Positions 10,469 to 21,114 of a stretch of DNA of 64,000 nt are shown one piece after another; the stretch's first letter is position 1, and each line of letters begins with the position of its first letter. The notes beneath the pieces are model-generated. The model did not search any database. It saw only the letters and a list, made by a program, of their open reading frames with translations, and was not told the origin of the DNA. Source of the stretch: Nostoc sp. DedSLP01 (GTDB lineage Bacteria; Cyanobacteriota; Cyanobacteriia; Cyanobacteriales; Nostocaceae); NCBI GenBank assembly GCA_034530875.2, contig JAVRCJ020000009.1:64001-128000 (forward strand), given 5' to 3'. A program made the position numbers and the translations under genes.

Positions 10469-12787
10469 TCATGCGCCGTTGGTCAAAGTGGCGTAAGACA
10501 AAGAGCTATCTGCAAAGAGAAATTTCTCAAAGCCAGTATTAGACAAGCTAATGGATGTTCCATTGTTGTTGAAACTGATGTTAGCTGTTTGAAATGTATT
10601 GCCAGAAACCACACCAGATACAACCACTTGAGAGCGATTAAAAGCTTTCAAATCCAGGGTGTCAAAACCGTCGCCGCCGTCAATACTTGCAGCACCGAAG
10701 CCTTTGAAGTAGTCATCGCCTGCACCCAGAGCAATTTTGAGACCACCACCGATAGTAACTTTCTGTTGAACTCCATTGAGGATACTAGTAGCAATTACTT
10801 TGTCATTGCCATAGCCAGTGTTAATGGTTCCTTTTCCGTAAATGCCGTAGGCAGTACCACCAATACTGACTGTCGCCTGTCCAGTGAGTAGATCGGAATC
10901 GCTACCAGTATCGATACTGCCATCGTTGAGGATGCCATAGGCAGTGGAGTTGTTGCCAAAACTGTTGCCATAACCTGCAAGCTTGTCGTTGCCTAAACCT
11001 GTGGTGATGATGCCATCTTTAGTGTTTTGGATACCTGTTCCGGCATCGACGTCGCCGATGCCCTTAATAGTAATGCCACCTTGACCGCTAGTACCTGTGC
11101 CAATGATAGTGTCATCTCCTTCTGCGGTATCCAATTTATAACTGTTGCTGATACCAGTGCCAATTCCACCTTTACCACCGATGGCATCAGTCTTGCTAAT
11201 GCCGCCGTTACCACCTGTACCAGTGCCAGCGATCGCGTCATTTCCACTGGCTGTATTGAGAGTGCCACTGTTGTTGATACCGATTCCAGAACCACCTAAG
11301 AGATTGCCACTACCGACATCATTAATGCCGCCGTTACCACCAATACCAGTACCAGCGATCGCGTCTTTTCCGTTTCCTAGATTGAGAGTGCCATTATTAC
11401 TGACGCCTGTACCAGTTCCACCGCTGAAGTTGCTATAGGTATAGCCGTTACGAATGCCGCCAGTACCAGTAGCAGTAATTGTATCATCTCCATCGCCTGC
11501 ATTCAGGCTGCTGCTGTTAACAATGCCTGTGCCATTTCCACCGCTACCATCGCCACCAGTAGCAGTACAAAGAATCGCGTCTTTTCCTTGCCCTGTATTC
11601 AAACTGCCACTGTTGTTGATGCCTATTCCATTACCGTCGTAAGTACCTATGAAGCCACTGCTAGACTTGCCGCCAGTACCAATACCAGAGATAGTGTCAT
11701 CTTCTTCCGCAGTATTAATACTGCCACTTTTGGCGATGTCAATACCTGTCCCATTTCCAACTTTGCCGATAGCGCCACCGCCAGCTTCGCCACCATTACC
11801 AGTACCAGCAATTGTATCTTTACCGTTCCCAGTATTAATACTGCCACTGTTAACTATACCGATTCCATTACCGCCTTCAGCACTGTCGCCGCTACTAGCG
11901 CTACCGCCGTTGCCACCAGTACCTATGCCAGTAATTGCGTCGTCTCCGTCTTCTGTGTACAGTTTGCCATTGTTGTTGATACCGATCCCAGTTCCGCCAG
12001 GGCCGCCGCTGTCATGCCCTAAGCCACCGTCACCGCCAATACCAGTGCCAGCGATGGTGTCATCTTTGCCCCCTGCATTCAAACTGCCATTATTAGTGAT
12101 GCCTGTTCCAGTTCCACCATCACCGCCGCGCTCGAAAATGTTGCCGCCTTTGCCTCCAGTACCAGTGCCAGTAATCGTGTCTTTTCCATTTCCTGCATTC
12201 AAACTGCCATTATTAGTGATGCCTGTCCCAGCTGTACCGCGGCCATCGCCGTAAAGACCTCCGCTGCCGTTACCACCAGTACCAGTGCCAGCGATTGTGT
12301 TATTTCCGTACCCTGCATCTAGAATCCCAGTGTTAAAGATGCCAGTTCCAACTCCACCTTTGCCAGACATTTCATCATTTGGGCTGCCGTTGCCGCCAGT
12401 ACCAGTGCCAGTAATTGTGTCATTTCCGTAGCCTGCATATAGACTGCCAATATTGGTAATGGCAATACCATCTCCACCGTTACCAGCGTTAGTGCTGTTA
12501 ACCTTAGTACCATTACCGCCAGTGCCAGTGCCAGTAATCTTGTCGTTTCCATTTCCTGCATCCACACGACCACGGTTGACAATACCAGTTCCATTCCCGC
12601 CTTGACCATTAGCGCCAATGCTGGCAGTAGCTCTACCTTTGATAATGTCATTACCTGAGCGCGTAGAAATTAAACCTCCAGTTAAAATATCGATACCGAT
12701 TCCAACAGAGGCATTTAACTGTTCGCCAGTTAAAGTGTCAATAGCAGCGGTGCCAATCAAGTTGGGTGGAACTGTAAGTCTAGGCAT
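10469..12787 (-). CDS. Gly-rich RTX-like repeat (beta-solenoid) protein, probably extracellular
   Basis: ~16 repeats of GxGIxNxGxL/IxxGxGxDxIxGTGxGG; C-terminal DGGDGFDTL...FEKFLFAD resembles type I secretion substrates. Confidence 0.85.
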   Translation of the reverse strand: MPRLTVPPNLIGTAAIDTLTGEQLNASVGIGIDILTGGLISTRSGNDIIKGRATASIGANGQGGNGTGIVNRGRVDAGNGNDKITGTGTGGNGTKVNSTNAGNGGDGIAITNIGSLYAGYGNDTITGTGTGGNGSPNDEMSGKGGVGTGIFNTGILDAGYGNNTIAGTGTGGNGSGGLYGDGRGTAGTGITNNGSLNAGNGKDTITGTGTGGKGGNIFERGGDGGTGTGITNNGSLNAGGKDDTIAGTGIGGDGGLGHDSGGPGGTGIGINNNGKLYTEDGDDAITGIGTGGNGGSASSGDSAEGGNGIGIVNSGSINTGNGKDTIAGTGNGGEAGGGAIGKVGNGTGIDIAKSGSINTAEEDDTISGIGTGGKSSSGFIGTYDGNGIGINNSGSLNTGQGKDAILCTATGGDGSGGNGTGIVNSSSLNAGDGDDTITATGTGGIRNGYTYSNFSGGTGTGVSNNGTLNLGNGKDAIAGTGIGGNGGINDVGSGNLLGGSGIGINNSGTLNTASGNDAIAGTGTGGNGGISKTDAIGGKGGIGTGISNSYKLDTAEGDDTIIGTGTSGQGGITIKGIGDVDAGTGIQNTKDGIITTGLGNDKLAGYGNSFGNNSTAYGILNDGSIDTGSDSDLLTGQATVSIGGTAYGIYGKGTINTGYGNDKVIATSILNGVQQKVTIGGGLKIALGAGDDYFKGFGAASIDGGDGFDTLDLKAFNRSQVVVSGVVSGNTFQTANISFNNNGTSISLSNTGFEKFLFADSSLSYATLTNGA

Positions 12788-13360
12788 AATCTAAATCCTC
12801 GAAATTTTGGTTAGTAAGGTCAGTTTGCTCATCAAAATGAGCAATCTCTCAACAAATCCCCCTAATCCTTTCTTCAAAAGCTATTTAGCGATCGAGTCTG
12901 CTGTTGTAACAGCCAGTTAAGCTCAATCAAGTGCCAACAAGTTCATCAGATTCCAGGGGATTAAACCTGTTTTCAGCAGGTGGGTAGGCTAGCAAAAACC
13001 GCAGGCATCGCGTAATCTGAACTTTCTGTGCCTTTAACTAATGAGTCATCTCACAGACTAATAGCCATTTCCGTAGTCTGGAAATCACTTGATATTTATT
13101 TAGAAGGCAAGAAGATTTTATTATTACGTAAGTAACAGTATATTTACTAGTATTTCACAAATTAAGGCAATCTCTATAAAAGGCGTATTAGAATATATAT
13201 CCTTTACAATAAATAATAAAGATGACAGTTGCTTCAATTTGAGAGTGTAAGTTAGTTTAAGTACTTAAAAACTTATGTAAAGATGAAGGCTTCTACAACT
13301 GCACCTAGAGGGCAAGTAAATCGATAGAATAATGCTCTGTACAATTGGTGCATTATTTCC

Positions 13361-15724
13361 ATGACCGCCACATCTCCTGCTCCCTTTTCCCCTGAAGAAA
13401 TCGCTGCTGAAGGTATTAAGCCAGAAGAATACGCAGAAATTGTCCGCCGTTTAGGGCGTCATCCCAACAAAGCCGAGTTGGGAATGTTTGGGGTAATGTG
13501 GTCAGAGCATTGCTGTTACAAAAATTCTCGACCTTTACTTAAACAGTTTCCTACTGAAGGCCCCCGCATACTGGTAGGGCCTGGTGAAAATGCTGGTGTT
13601 GTAGACTTAGGTGACGGACTGCAATTAGCCTTTAAAATTGAATCCCACAACCATCCCTCGGCAGTCGAACCCTTTCAAGGAGCTGCAACGGGAGTAGGAG
13701 GCATTCTCAGAGATATCTTTACAATGGGTGCGCGTCCCATTGCCATTTTAAACTCGCTGCGCTTTGGTTCCTTAGAAGATGCCAAAACCCAAAGGTTGTT
13801 TGCTGGTGTAGTATCGGGAATCTCTCATTATGGTAACTGTGTCGGAGTACCTACTGTTGGGGGTGAAGTTTACTTCGACCCTGCTTACTCTGGTAATCCT
13901 TTGGTGAATGTGATGGCGTTGGGATTAATGGAAACGCCAGAAATTGTCAAATCAGGAGCATCTGGTTTAGGTAACCCTGTGTTGTATGTTGGTTCGACTA
14001 CCGGGCGCGACGGTATGGGAGGGGCGAGTTTTGCCAGTGCTGAATTAACCGAACAGTCAATGGATGACCGTCCTGCCGTGCAAGTGGGCGACCCCTTTTT
14101 GGAAAAGTCGTTAATTGAAGCTTGTTTGGAGGCATTTAAAACGGGTGCTGTTGTTGCCGCCCAGGATATGGGAGCAGCGGGAATTACCTGTTCTACATCC
14201 GAGATGGCGGCAAAAGGTGGGGTGGGAATTGAACTGGATTTAGATAAAATTCCTGTACGGGAGCTAGGGATGGTTCCTTATGAATATCTGCTTTCCGAAT
14301 CTCAAGAACGGATGCTGTTTGTTGCCCATAAAGGTCGCGAACAGGAGTTAATCGATATTTTTCACCGCTGGGGACTTCATGCGGTTGTTGCCGGTACAGT
14401 GATTGCTCAACCCATTGTCCGGATTCTCTACCAAGGTCGAGTAGCAGCAGAAATTCCCGCTGAGGCTTTGGCGGAAAATACCCCGCTTTATCATCGAGAT
14501 TTGTTGGCAGAACCACCAGAATATGCACGTCAAGCTTGGCAATGGACTGCTGATTCTTTGCCTAGTTGTACAATTGCTGGGATTGAAGTTCGAGGACAGT
14601 TGCAAAGCTGGAATGATATTCTCTTGACCTTGCTTGATACACCAGCGATCGCTTCTAAAAACTGGGTATACCGTCAGTACGACCATCAAGTACAAAATAA
14701 TACGGTAATTTTACCAGGCGGTGCAGATGCAGCCGTTATCCGCTTGCGTCCCCTGGAAGGGGGTAAGGGGACAAGGGAAAATGCCCAAAGTGGGGTTGCG
14801 GCTACCGTAGACTGCAATTCTCGTTATGTTTATCTCGATCCATACCAAGGAGCTAAGGCAGTGGTGGCTGAAGCGGCACGCAATCTTAGCTGTGTGGGTG
14901 CCCAGCCTCTGGCAGTAACGGATAATCTGAATTTTGGCTCTCCAGAAAAACCAATTGGTTACTGGCAATTAGCAGAAGCTTGTCGCGGTTTGGCAGAAGG
15001 TTGTCGAGAATTGGCAACACCAGTTACAGGTGGAAATGTCTCTTTATATAATGAAACCCTTGATTCCCAAGGCACTCCCCAACCGATTTATCCTACCCCT
15101 GTTGTGGGTATGGTGGGTTTGATTCCCGATCTCAGTAAAATTTGCGGTCAAGGCTGGCAAACAGCAGGGGATATTATTTATCTTCTGGGATTGCCCTTAG
15201 CATCTCAACTCAGTTTGGGAGCATCGGAGTATTTAGCTACCATCCACAGTACTGTTGCCGGAAAACCGCCACGAGTAGATTTTGACTTGGAACGTCGCGT
15301 ACAGCAAGTTTGTCGTGATGGCATTCGTAATGGTTGGGTACGTTCTGCCCATGATTGTGCTGAAGGTGGAATCGCGATCGCTCTGGCAGAATGCTGCATT
15401 GCTGGCAAACTCGGCGCCGAAATCAATTTAGAAATAGCATCAAATCACTCACAACGCTTTGATGAGGTACTGTTTGCTGAAGGTGGTGCCAGGATTTTAG
15501 TTTCTGTAGCACCAGAACAACAAGCAATTTGGGAATCCTACTTAGAGGAACATCTAGACAAACACTGGCAAAAACTAGGTAGAGTTGGGAATTCCAACAC
15601 AGATTTGGGGGTTTTAACCACTGACAACCAGACCTTAATCAAAGTTAATATTGAAGATATAAACGATCGCTATTTTCAGGCGATCGTCAGGCGTCTCGCC
15701 ATCCACACCACTACTCCTAGTTGA
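13361..15724 (+). CDS. purL: Phosphoribosylformylglycinamidine synthase subunit PurL
   Basis: [29 protein letters not shown]. Confidence 0.98.
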   Translation: MTATSPAPFSPEEIAAEGIKPEEYAEIVRRLGRHPNKAELGMFGVMWSEHCCYKNSRPLLKQFPTEGPRILVGPGENAGVVDLGDGLQLAFKIESHNHPSAVEPFQGAATGVGGILRDIFTMGARPIAILNSLRFGSLEDAKTQRLFAGVVSGISHYGNCVGVPTVGGEVYFDPAYSGNPLVNVMALGLMETPEIVKSGASGLGNPVLYVGSTTGRDGMGGASFASAELTEQSMDDRPAVQVGDPFLEKSLIEACLEAFKTGAVVAAQDMGAAGITCSTSEMAAKGGVGIELDLDKIPVRELGMVPYEYLLSESQERMLFVAHKGREQELIDIFHRWGLHAVVAGTVIAQPIVRILYQGRVAAEIPAEALAENTPLYHRDLLAEPPEYARQAWQWTADSLPSCTIAGIEVRGQLQSWNDILLTLLDTPAIASKNWVYRQYDHQVQNNTVILPGGADAAVIRLRPLEGGKGTRENAQSGVAATVDCNSRYVYLDPYQGAKAVVAEAARNLSCVGAQPLAVTDNLNFGSPEKPIGYWQLAEACRGLAEGCRELATPVTGGNVSLYNETLDSQGTPQPIYPTPVVGMVGLIPDLSKICGQGWQTAGDIIYLLGLPLASQLSLGASEYLATIHSTVAGKPPRVDFDLERRVQQVCRDGIRNGWVRSAHDCAEGGIAIALAECCIAGKLGAEINLEIASNHSQRFDEVLFAEGGARILVSVAPEQQAIWESYLEEHLDKHWQKLGRVGNSNTDLGVLTTDNQTLIKVNIEDINDRYFQAIVRRLAIHTTTPS

Positions 15725-16155
15725 AAAGAAAATGGAGTTGAGAGTCAGGAGCTGAGAATAAAAATCATAACTCCTAAGTTTTTACTCCTAGTGGCTAAAT
15801 TATGAACATTTGTGAACATAATTACGCTACTGTTTTAATGGATGGTTAAAGACTGATTAAGAATTTTGCCACTATCTAGCGACATAATTCCAGTGACTCG
15901 ACCACCAAATTTCAGATTTTGGATTGAGAGTACTTTTTCTGGTTCGTGTATCATCCGTCTCTAGCAGGTTAAACAAATCTCAAATTATCAAAATGCATTC
16001 CTTTTAGGATGCTGTCAATGCAAAAAACCCTCGTTACTCTCTACGAGGCGCCCCACATACCTTGCTTCCCCGCAGAGGTAAGCTACGGCTACGGCTACGA
16101 AGACAGCGAATCTAAAATTCCAAATTGATTGACCCCCATCAGGAGCAAAGCTAGC

Positions 16156-17655
16156 ATGATTTCCATTCATTCTGTCACTTCGGATGAATACCCCAGCCAG
16201 ATCGACAACCCAATGGATAGTTATGAAAATCATCCCGACAAGCCAGAAGAAGCTTGCGGTGTTTTTGGCATTTACGCACCAGGAGAAAACGTTGCTAAAC
16301 TAACCTACTTTGGATTGTATGCCCTCCAGCACCGGGGTCAAGAATCAGCTGGTATTGCTACTTTTGATGGTACTAAAGTCCACCTCCATAAAGATATGGG
16401 CTTAGTATCTCAAGTCTTCAACGAATCGATATTGGAACAGTTGCCTGGTAGCCATGCTGTTGGTCACACTCGTTATTCCACTACAGGTTCTAGCCGCAAA
16501 GTTAACGCTCAACCCGCTGTCGTCGAAACTCGCTTAGGTTCGTTAGCTCTAGCACATAATGGCAATTTAGTCAATACAGTGCAATTGCGTCAAGAGTTGC
16601 TAGAGGACAAATGCAACTTAATCACGACAACAGACTCAGAAATGATTGCTTTTGCGATCGCCCAAGGTATTGATGCAGGTGCAGATTGGCTAGAAGGTGC
16701 AATTAAGGCGTTTCACCGCTGCCAAGGAGCTTTTAGTTTAGTAATTGGCACTCCCAATGGTTTAATGGGCGTCCGCGATCCTAATGGTATTCGCCCCTTA
16801 GTCATCGGTACTTTACCAGGTAATCCCATTAGTTACGTTTTGGCTTCTGAGACTTGTGCTTTAGACATCATTGGAGCCGAATACCTGCGGGATGTAGAAC
16901 CTGGAGAATTAGTTTGGATTACCGAAGCAGGTTTGGCTTCCTATCACTGGAGCCAACAGCCCCAGCGGAAAATGTGTATTTTTGAGATGATATACTTTGC
17001 CCGCCCTGATAGCGTGGTACACAACGAGACTTTGTACAGCTATCGGATGCGTTTAGGGCGGCAACTAGCAAAAGAATCTCCTGTAGATGCCGATATTGTT
17101 TTTGGCGTTCCTGATTCTGGTATTCCTGCTGCCATTGGATTTTCCCAAGCTTCTGGCGTCGTCTACATGGAAGGACTGATTAAAAACCGCTACGTTGGGC
17201 GAACCTTTATTCAACCAACTCAAAGTATGCGGGAATCGGGTATTCGGATGAAACTCAACCCCCTTAAAGACGTGTTGGCTGGAAAAAGAGCGATTATCGT
17301 AGACGACTCGATTGTGCGGGGTACTACCAGTAGGAAACTGGTTAAAACCTTGCGTGATGCAGGTGCAGCAGAAGTACACATGCGAATTTCTTCTCCGCCA
17401 GTGACTCACCCTTGTTTTTATGGCATTGATACTGATTCTCAAGATCAGCTAATTGCTGCCACCAAATCAGTAGAAGAAATTGCCAAGCAACTCGAAGTAG
17501 ATAGCCTTGCTTATCTGAGTTGGGAGGGAATGCTAATAGCGACAGGAGAAGATACTAATAGTTTTTGTTCTGCCTGCTTTACTGGAAATTATCCAGTGGC
17601 CATTCCCGAGCAAGTGAAGCGTTCTAAGTTGATCTTGGAAAAGGTAGTGGTGTAG
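16156..17655 (+). CDS. purF: Amidophosphoribosyltransferase
   Basis: EACGVFG, LQHRGQES, VDDSIVRGTT; AGGAG RBS before ATG 16156. Confidence 0.98.
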   Translation: MISIHSVTSDEYPSQIDNPMDSYENHPDKPEEACGVFGIYAPGENVAKLTYFGLYALQHRGQESAGIATFDGTKVHLHKDMGLVSQVFNESILEQLPGSHAVGHTRYSTTGSSRKVNAQPAVVETRLGSLALAHNGNLVNTVQLRQELLEDKCNLITTTDSEMIAFAIAQGIDAGADWLEGAIKAFHRCQGAFSLVIGTPNGLMGVRDPNGIRPLVIGTLPGNPISYVLASETCALDIIGAEYLRDVEPGELVWITEAGLASYHWSQQPQRKMCIFEMIYFARPDSVVHNETLYSYRMRLGRQLAKESPVDADIVFGVPDSGIPAAIGFSQASGVVYMEGLIKNRYVGRTFIQPTQSMRESGIRMKLNPLKDVLAGKRAIIVDDSIVRGTTSRKLVKTLRDAGAAEVHMRISSPPVTHPCFYGIDTDSQDQLIAATKSVEEIAKQLEVDSLAYLSWEGMLIATGEDTNSFCSACFTGNYPVAIPEQVKRSKLILEKVVV

Positions 17656-17898
17656 CGGCTGGGGACTGGGAACTGGTGACTGGGGACTGGGAGTATGAGG
17701 GAGTAGAGGGGCACAGGAAGAATAACTCTGAACTCCTCACCAGTACTCAGCACTCTTAACTATGAACTCCTGATTCAAAAGCCAGCATTCCCAATGCCTA
17801 CTCTGGCTAATTTTACTTGTGCGATCGCGTCTTTATTTAGTTAATACATTTCTTTTTTATTTTTGAAATAAACGAACTGAATCTGTCAGCAAAACTAT

Positions 17899-18180
17899 TC
17901 AACTATGTTCTAAAAACTCAACTTTGGGCAATAGCGGGTCAGTGACAACGCCTACGCCACTAAAGCCCCAACGTTTGAGCAAACTTCCCAACTGTGTACC
18001 AGGAATCGATTCTATAGCAAAGCGATTTGCTAATTCTCCTGCGTGGGTGTTGAGATAACTAAGAGCATCAAAGTTTTCCCGAAATAATAATAGATAACCC
18101 AGCCCATCAGTATTGGGACGGGCTGTTAGGTAACGGCCATCACTTTTCGAGCGCACTAGGTAATAGACTTCGGACAACAT
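17899..18180 (-). CDS. Conserved hypothetical protein
   Basis: 93-aa ORF, YLLLFRENFDALSYLNTH...RWGF; GGAAGGAG-like purine stretch nearby is not in RBS position, call rests on ORF quality. Confidence 0.75.
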   Translation of the reverse strand: MLSEVYYLVRSKSDGRYLTARPNTDGLGYLLLFRENFDALSYLNTHAGELANRFAIESIPGTQLGSLLKRWGFSGVGVVTDPLLPKVEFLEHS

Positions 18181-18257
18181 GGAAGGAGTATGGAACGCAG
18201 GGACAGAGGGAATAACAAATGACTAATGACTAATGATTAATGACCTATGACTAATGA

Positions 18258-19310
18258 CTAATTCAGATTCTCTAGACGAATACGTGGGTCGGCAACTTTG
18301 AGCATTAAGTCAGCGATTAAATTACCAACAATTAGTAAAACTGCACTCATCACCAAACTAGCCATGACTAAATATAAATCTTGAGCCATTACAGCTTGTA
18401 AAGTCAATCGTCCCAAACCTGGCCAGTTGAAGAATTGTTCGGCGATAAATGCACCACTCAATAAACTAGCTAACTCGAAACCCAATAGAGTAATTAGAGG
18501 GTTTACAGCGTTGCGGAGAGCGTGAACGTATATTACTCGGTTTTCTGGCAGCCCTTTAGCACGAGCAGTTTGGATGTAATCTTGACGCAGAACATCTAAC
18601 AATTCGCCACGAGTGATGCGTTGTAAACCGGCAAAACTAGTAATTGAGAGGGCGATGGTGGGTAAAATCATGTGCCAACCAATATCGAGGATTTTACCAA
18701 ACCAATTGAGTTCCGAGTGATTGATACTTGTCATACCACCTACAGGAAACAACGGCGAGGTGATTTGAGCAAAGAAAAGTAGCAATAAAACGGTGATAAA
18801 ACTGGGAAATCCTTGTCCAGCGTAACTAATGACTTGTAAAATGCGGTCAGCCCAACGATTTTGTTTGATGGCAGCGACGATGCCCAAGGGAATGGCGATC
18901 GCCCAGGTTACAATCAAAGAAGCGATCGCTAGCAACAAAGTTGCTGGAACTCTTTCCCACAACAGCGATACTACTGAGCGTTTATAAGAAAAACTCGGCC
19001 CAAAATCGCCTTTCGATACAATATTCCACAACCACAGCCAAAATTGTTCCACCCAGGATTTATTCAAGCCCCAAAATTCCCGTAAGGCTTTAATTTGGTC
19101 TCTAGATTTTTTCGGGTCTGCTTCTAATTGGGTGACGAAATCTCCAGGAGCGAGCTGCATAACTAAAAATGAGAGTGCCGACGCTAAAAACAAAGTCAGC
19201 AATGCTTGCAACAGCCGCTTCATTATATATATAAAAGTTTCACTCGTAACTAGCCTAATCAGCCAATCCCAACCCGATGCTAAAGAAGTTTTCGTTGTAG
19301 TAGATGTCAT
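18258..19310 (-). CDS. Peptide/nickel ABC transporter permease (OppB/DppB family)
   Basis: DYIQTARAKGL EAA loop, NWPGLGRL. Confidence 0.93.
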   Translation of the reverse strand: MTSTTTKTSLASGWDWLIRLVTSETFIYIMKRLLQALLTLFLASALSFLVMQLAPGDFVTQLEADPKKSRDQIKALREFWGLNKSWVEQFWLWLWNIVSKGDFGPSFSYKRSVVSLLWERVPATLLLAIASLIVTWAIAIPLGIVAAIKQNRWADRILQVISYAGQGFPSFITVLLLLFFAQITSPLFPVGGMTSINHSELNWFGKILDIGWHMILPTIALSITSFAGLQRITRGELLDVLRQDYIQTARAKGLPENRVIYVHALRNAVNPLITLLGFELASLLSGAFIAEQFFNWPGLGRLTLQAVMAQDLYLVMASLVMSAVLLIVGNLIADLMLKVADPRIRLENLN

Positions 19311-19487
19311 AACATGTTGTTTAGTTATTGGTTATCAATTGCGTTACCTTTCATGGCCAATCACTGAAGAAGTAGCAAGAGATGAAGCAGGCAAAAAGGC
19401 AAAGGGACACAGGAGGAAAGGAGAATAATTAATTATCGATACTCAATGCCCAATGCCCAATCACAAATGACTAATGACTAATCATAA

Positions 19488-20006
19488 TTAATATTCAACT
19501 AAAGTAATAATCGGCACATTTGGCAAATATTTGCGTCCTTCTAAATCTCGTAGCTCGATAATAAACCCAAATCCTACTAGTTCGCAGCCAATTTTCTGTA
19601 CCAAGTTTGCTGTTGCACTTGCAGTTCCGCCAGTGGCAATCAAATCGTCCACAATCAAAACTCGGCTACCTTCGTGTAAAGCATCTTGATGTACTTCTAG
19701 GCAGTCTGTACCATACTCTAGTTGATACTCAACTGAGTGTACTGCTGATGGTAACTTACCTCTTTTGCGAACGGGAATAAAACCAGCTCCTAGTTTATAA
19801 GCCAGAGGTGAGCCAAAAATGAATCCCCTTGACTCCATACCAATGACATAATCTACTGCCATTTCAGCTTCTATGCATTTTTGTGTTAAAAAGTCAATAG
19901 TATAGCGCAATCCTTCTGGATCGCGTAGTAGGGTAGTAATATCCCTAAATAAAATTCCAGGTTTAGGGAAATCTGGGATGTCACGAATCAGAGACTTCAA
20001 ATCCAT
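19488..20006 (-). CDS. apt: Adenine phosphoribosyltransferase
   Basis: [28 protein letters not shown]. Confidence 0.98.
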   Translation of the reverse strand: MDLKSLIRDIPDFPKPGILFRDITTLLRDPEGLRYTIDFLTQKCIEAEMAVDYVIGMESRGFIFGSPLAYKLGAGFIPVRKRGKLPSAVHSVEYQLEYGTDCLEVHQDALHEGSRVLIVDDLIATGGTASATANLVQKIGCELVGFGFIIELRDLEGRKYLPNVPIITLVEY

Positions 20007-20487
20007 AAAATGGGGTTAAGGGAATGGGGACTGGGAACTGGTGACTGGTGACTGGTGACTGGGGCAAATAGGGAGTGTGGAAAAGGTGGCAAGGGATAGA
20101 GAAAGCTTTTTATAATCTCCCCACATTCCCTTATCTCTCCCAATCCCCAGTCCCTAGTCCCCAGTCACCAGTCCCCAATTCCAAATACCTGAAAAATCGT
20201 ACACTATAATGTCATACGCTGGGGTGGAAGCTAAAGCTTGACCCTTGATTGACGAGAATTAGAATCTAAATCAAGCTAGAAAAGGTATAGGACTCATAAA
20301 TGAGGTGAATTTAAGTTATGTTTTAGAATTTTCAATTCAATATAGGGAATCCTTTGAGTAGTAACAAGTTAAGTAATGTATATATCAGGTAGTGATAACT
20401 ACTGCCACAAGTCTAATGTTCAAGTCTTAGCACTTATCTTAAATTTGTTTTACCTAGCCTGTTAAAAGCGTACAAGGTATTTATAGA

Positions 20488-21114
20488 ATGAACGTTTCTG
20501 CAAGTTTAACGCCGTTGAAAAGTCCAACTGAAGATTCACTGCCGATGATTCTGGACACATTACCAGATCCTGCGATCGCCGGGCAAACATGTCCTCGAAG
20601 AACGCGGTTGCAAATTGACCTTATTTTACTAGCTATAGAGGCTTTAGAACTTGGTGGTTCTGAAGCAATCTTGGCTTTTGCTCAAGAGTTAGATCTTAAA
20701 GGAATTGTCAAAGATAGGGTAAATTTATGGCGGATGCGTAGCTCTAACCCGCTACGCAGAGCGCACATTCGCCGCCCCTTAACTATTATGGAAGCTAAAG
20801 CTTTGGTAGTCATTGCTTGTTATATAGCGCGGCGTTTAACTGTCGTCATTCGGCAGTTATTAATGATATGCCAACAAATGGAAGAAAAGCAGATTCCCCT
20901 AGAACAGAATTTGCGGATATCTAATTATCTAGAGAGGTTTAGAGCGCATTTTAAGAGCCGGATGAATGCTCGACGTTCTGGTGTTCTGGCGTTAACTTCC
21001 GATCGAAAGTTAGATGAGCTAGCTATAAATTTGTTAGGACAATTGCTATTTTGTACAGGTACGGCTGGAATGCAGCGGTTCTGGATTAGTCTTTTTGACG
21101 GTGAGGTGGAATGA
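20488..21114 (+). CDS. DUF3038-family protein
   Basis: DLILLAIEAL, LWRMRSSNPLRR, LLFCTGTAGMQRFWISL. Confidence 0.8.
   Translation: MNVSASLTPLKSPTEDSLPMILDTLPDPAIAGQTCPRRTRLQIDLILLAIEALELGGSEAILAFAQELDLKGIVKDRVNLWRMRSSNPLRRAHIRRPLTIMEAKALVVIACYIARRLTVVIRQLLMICQQMEEKQIPLEQNLRISNYLERFRAHFKSRMNARRSGVLALTSDRKLDELAINLLGQLLFCTGTAGMQRFWISLFDGEVE

Noticed and set aside
10589..12651. Many overlapping ORFs (Pro-rich and others) inside the Gly-rich gene
   Set aside because: Antisense or alternate-frame shadows of a low-complexity coding sequence
10469..12787. Diversity-generating retroelement as the source of loop variation
   Set aside because: No reverse transcriptase, no template/variable repeat pair and no adenine-specific mismatch pattern in the window
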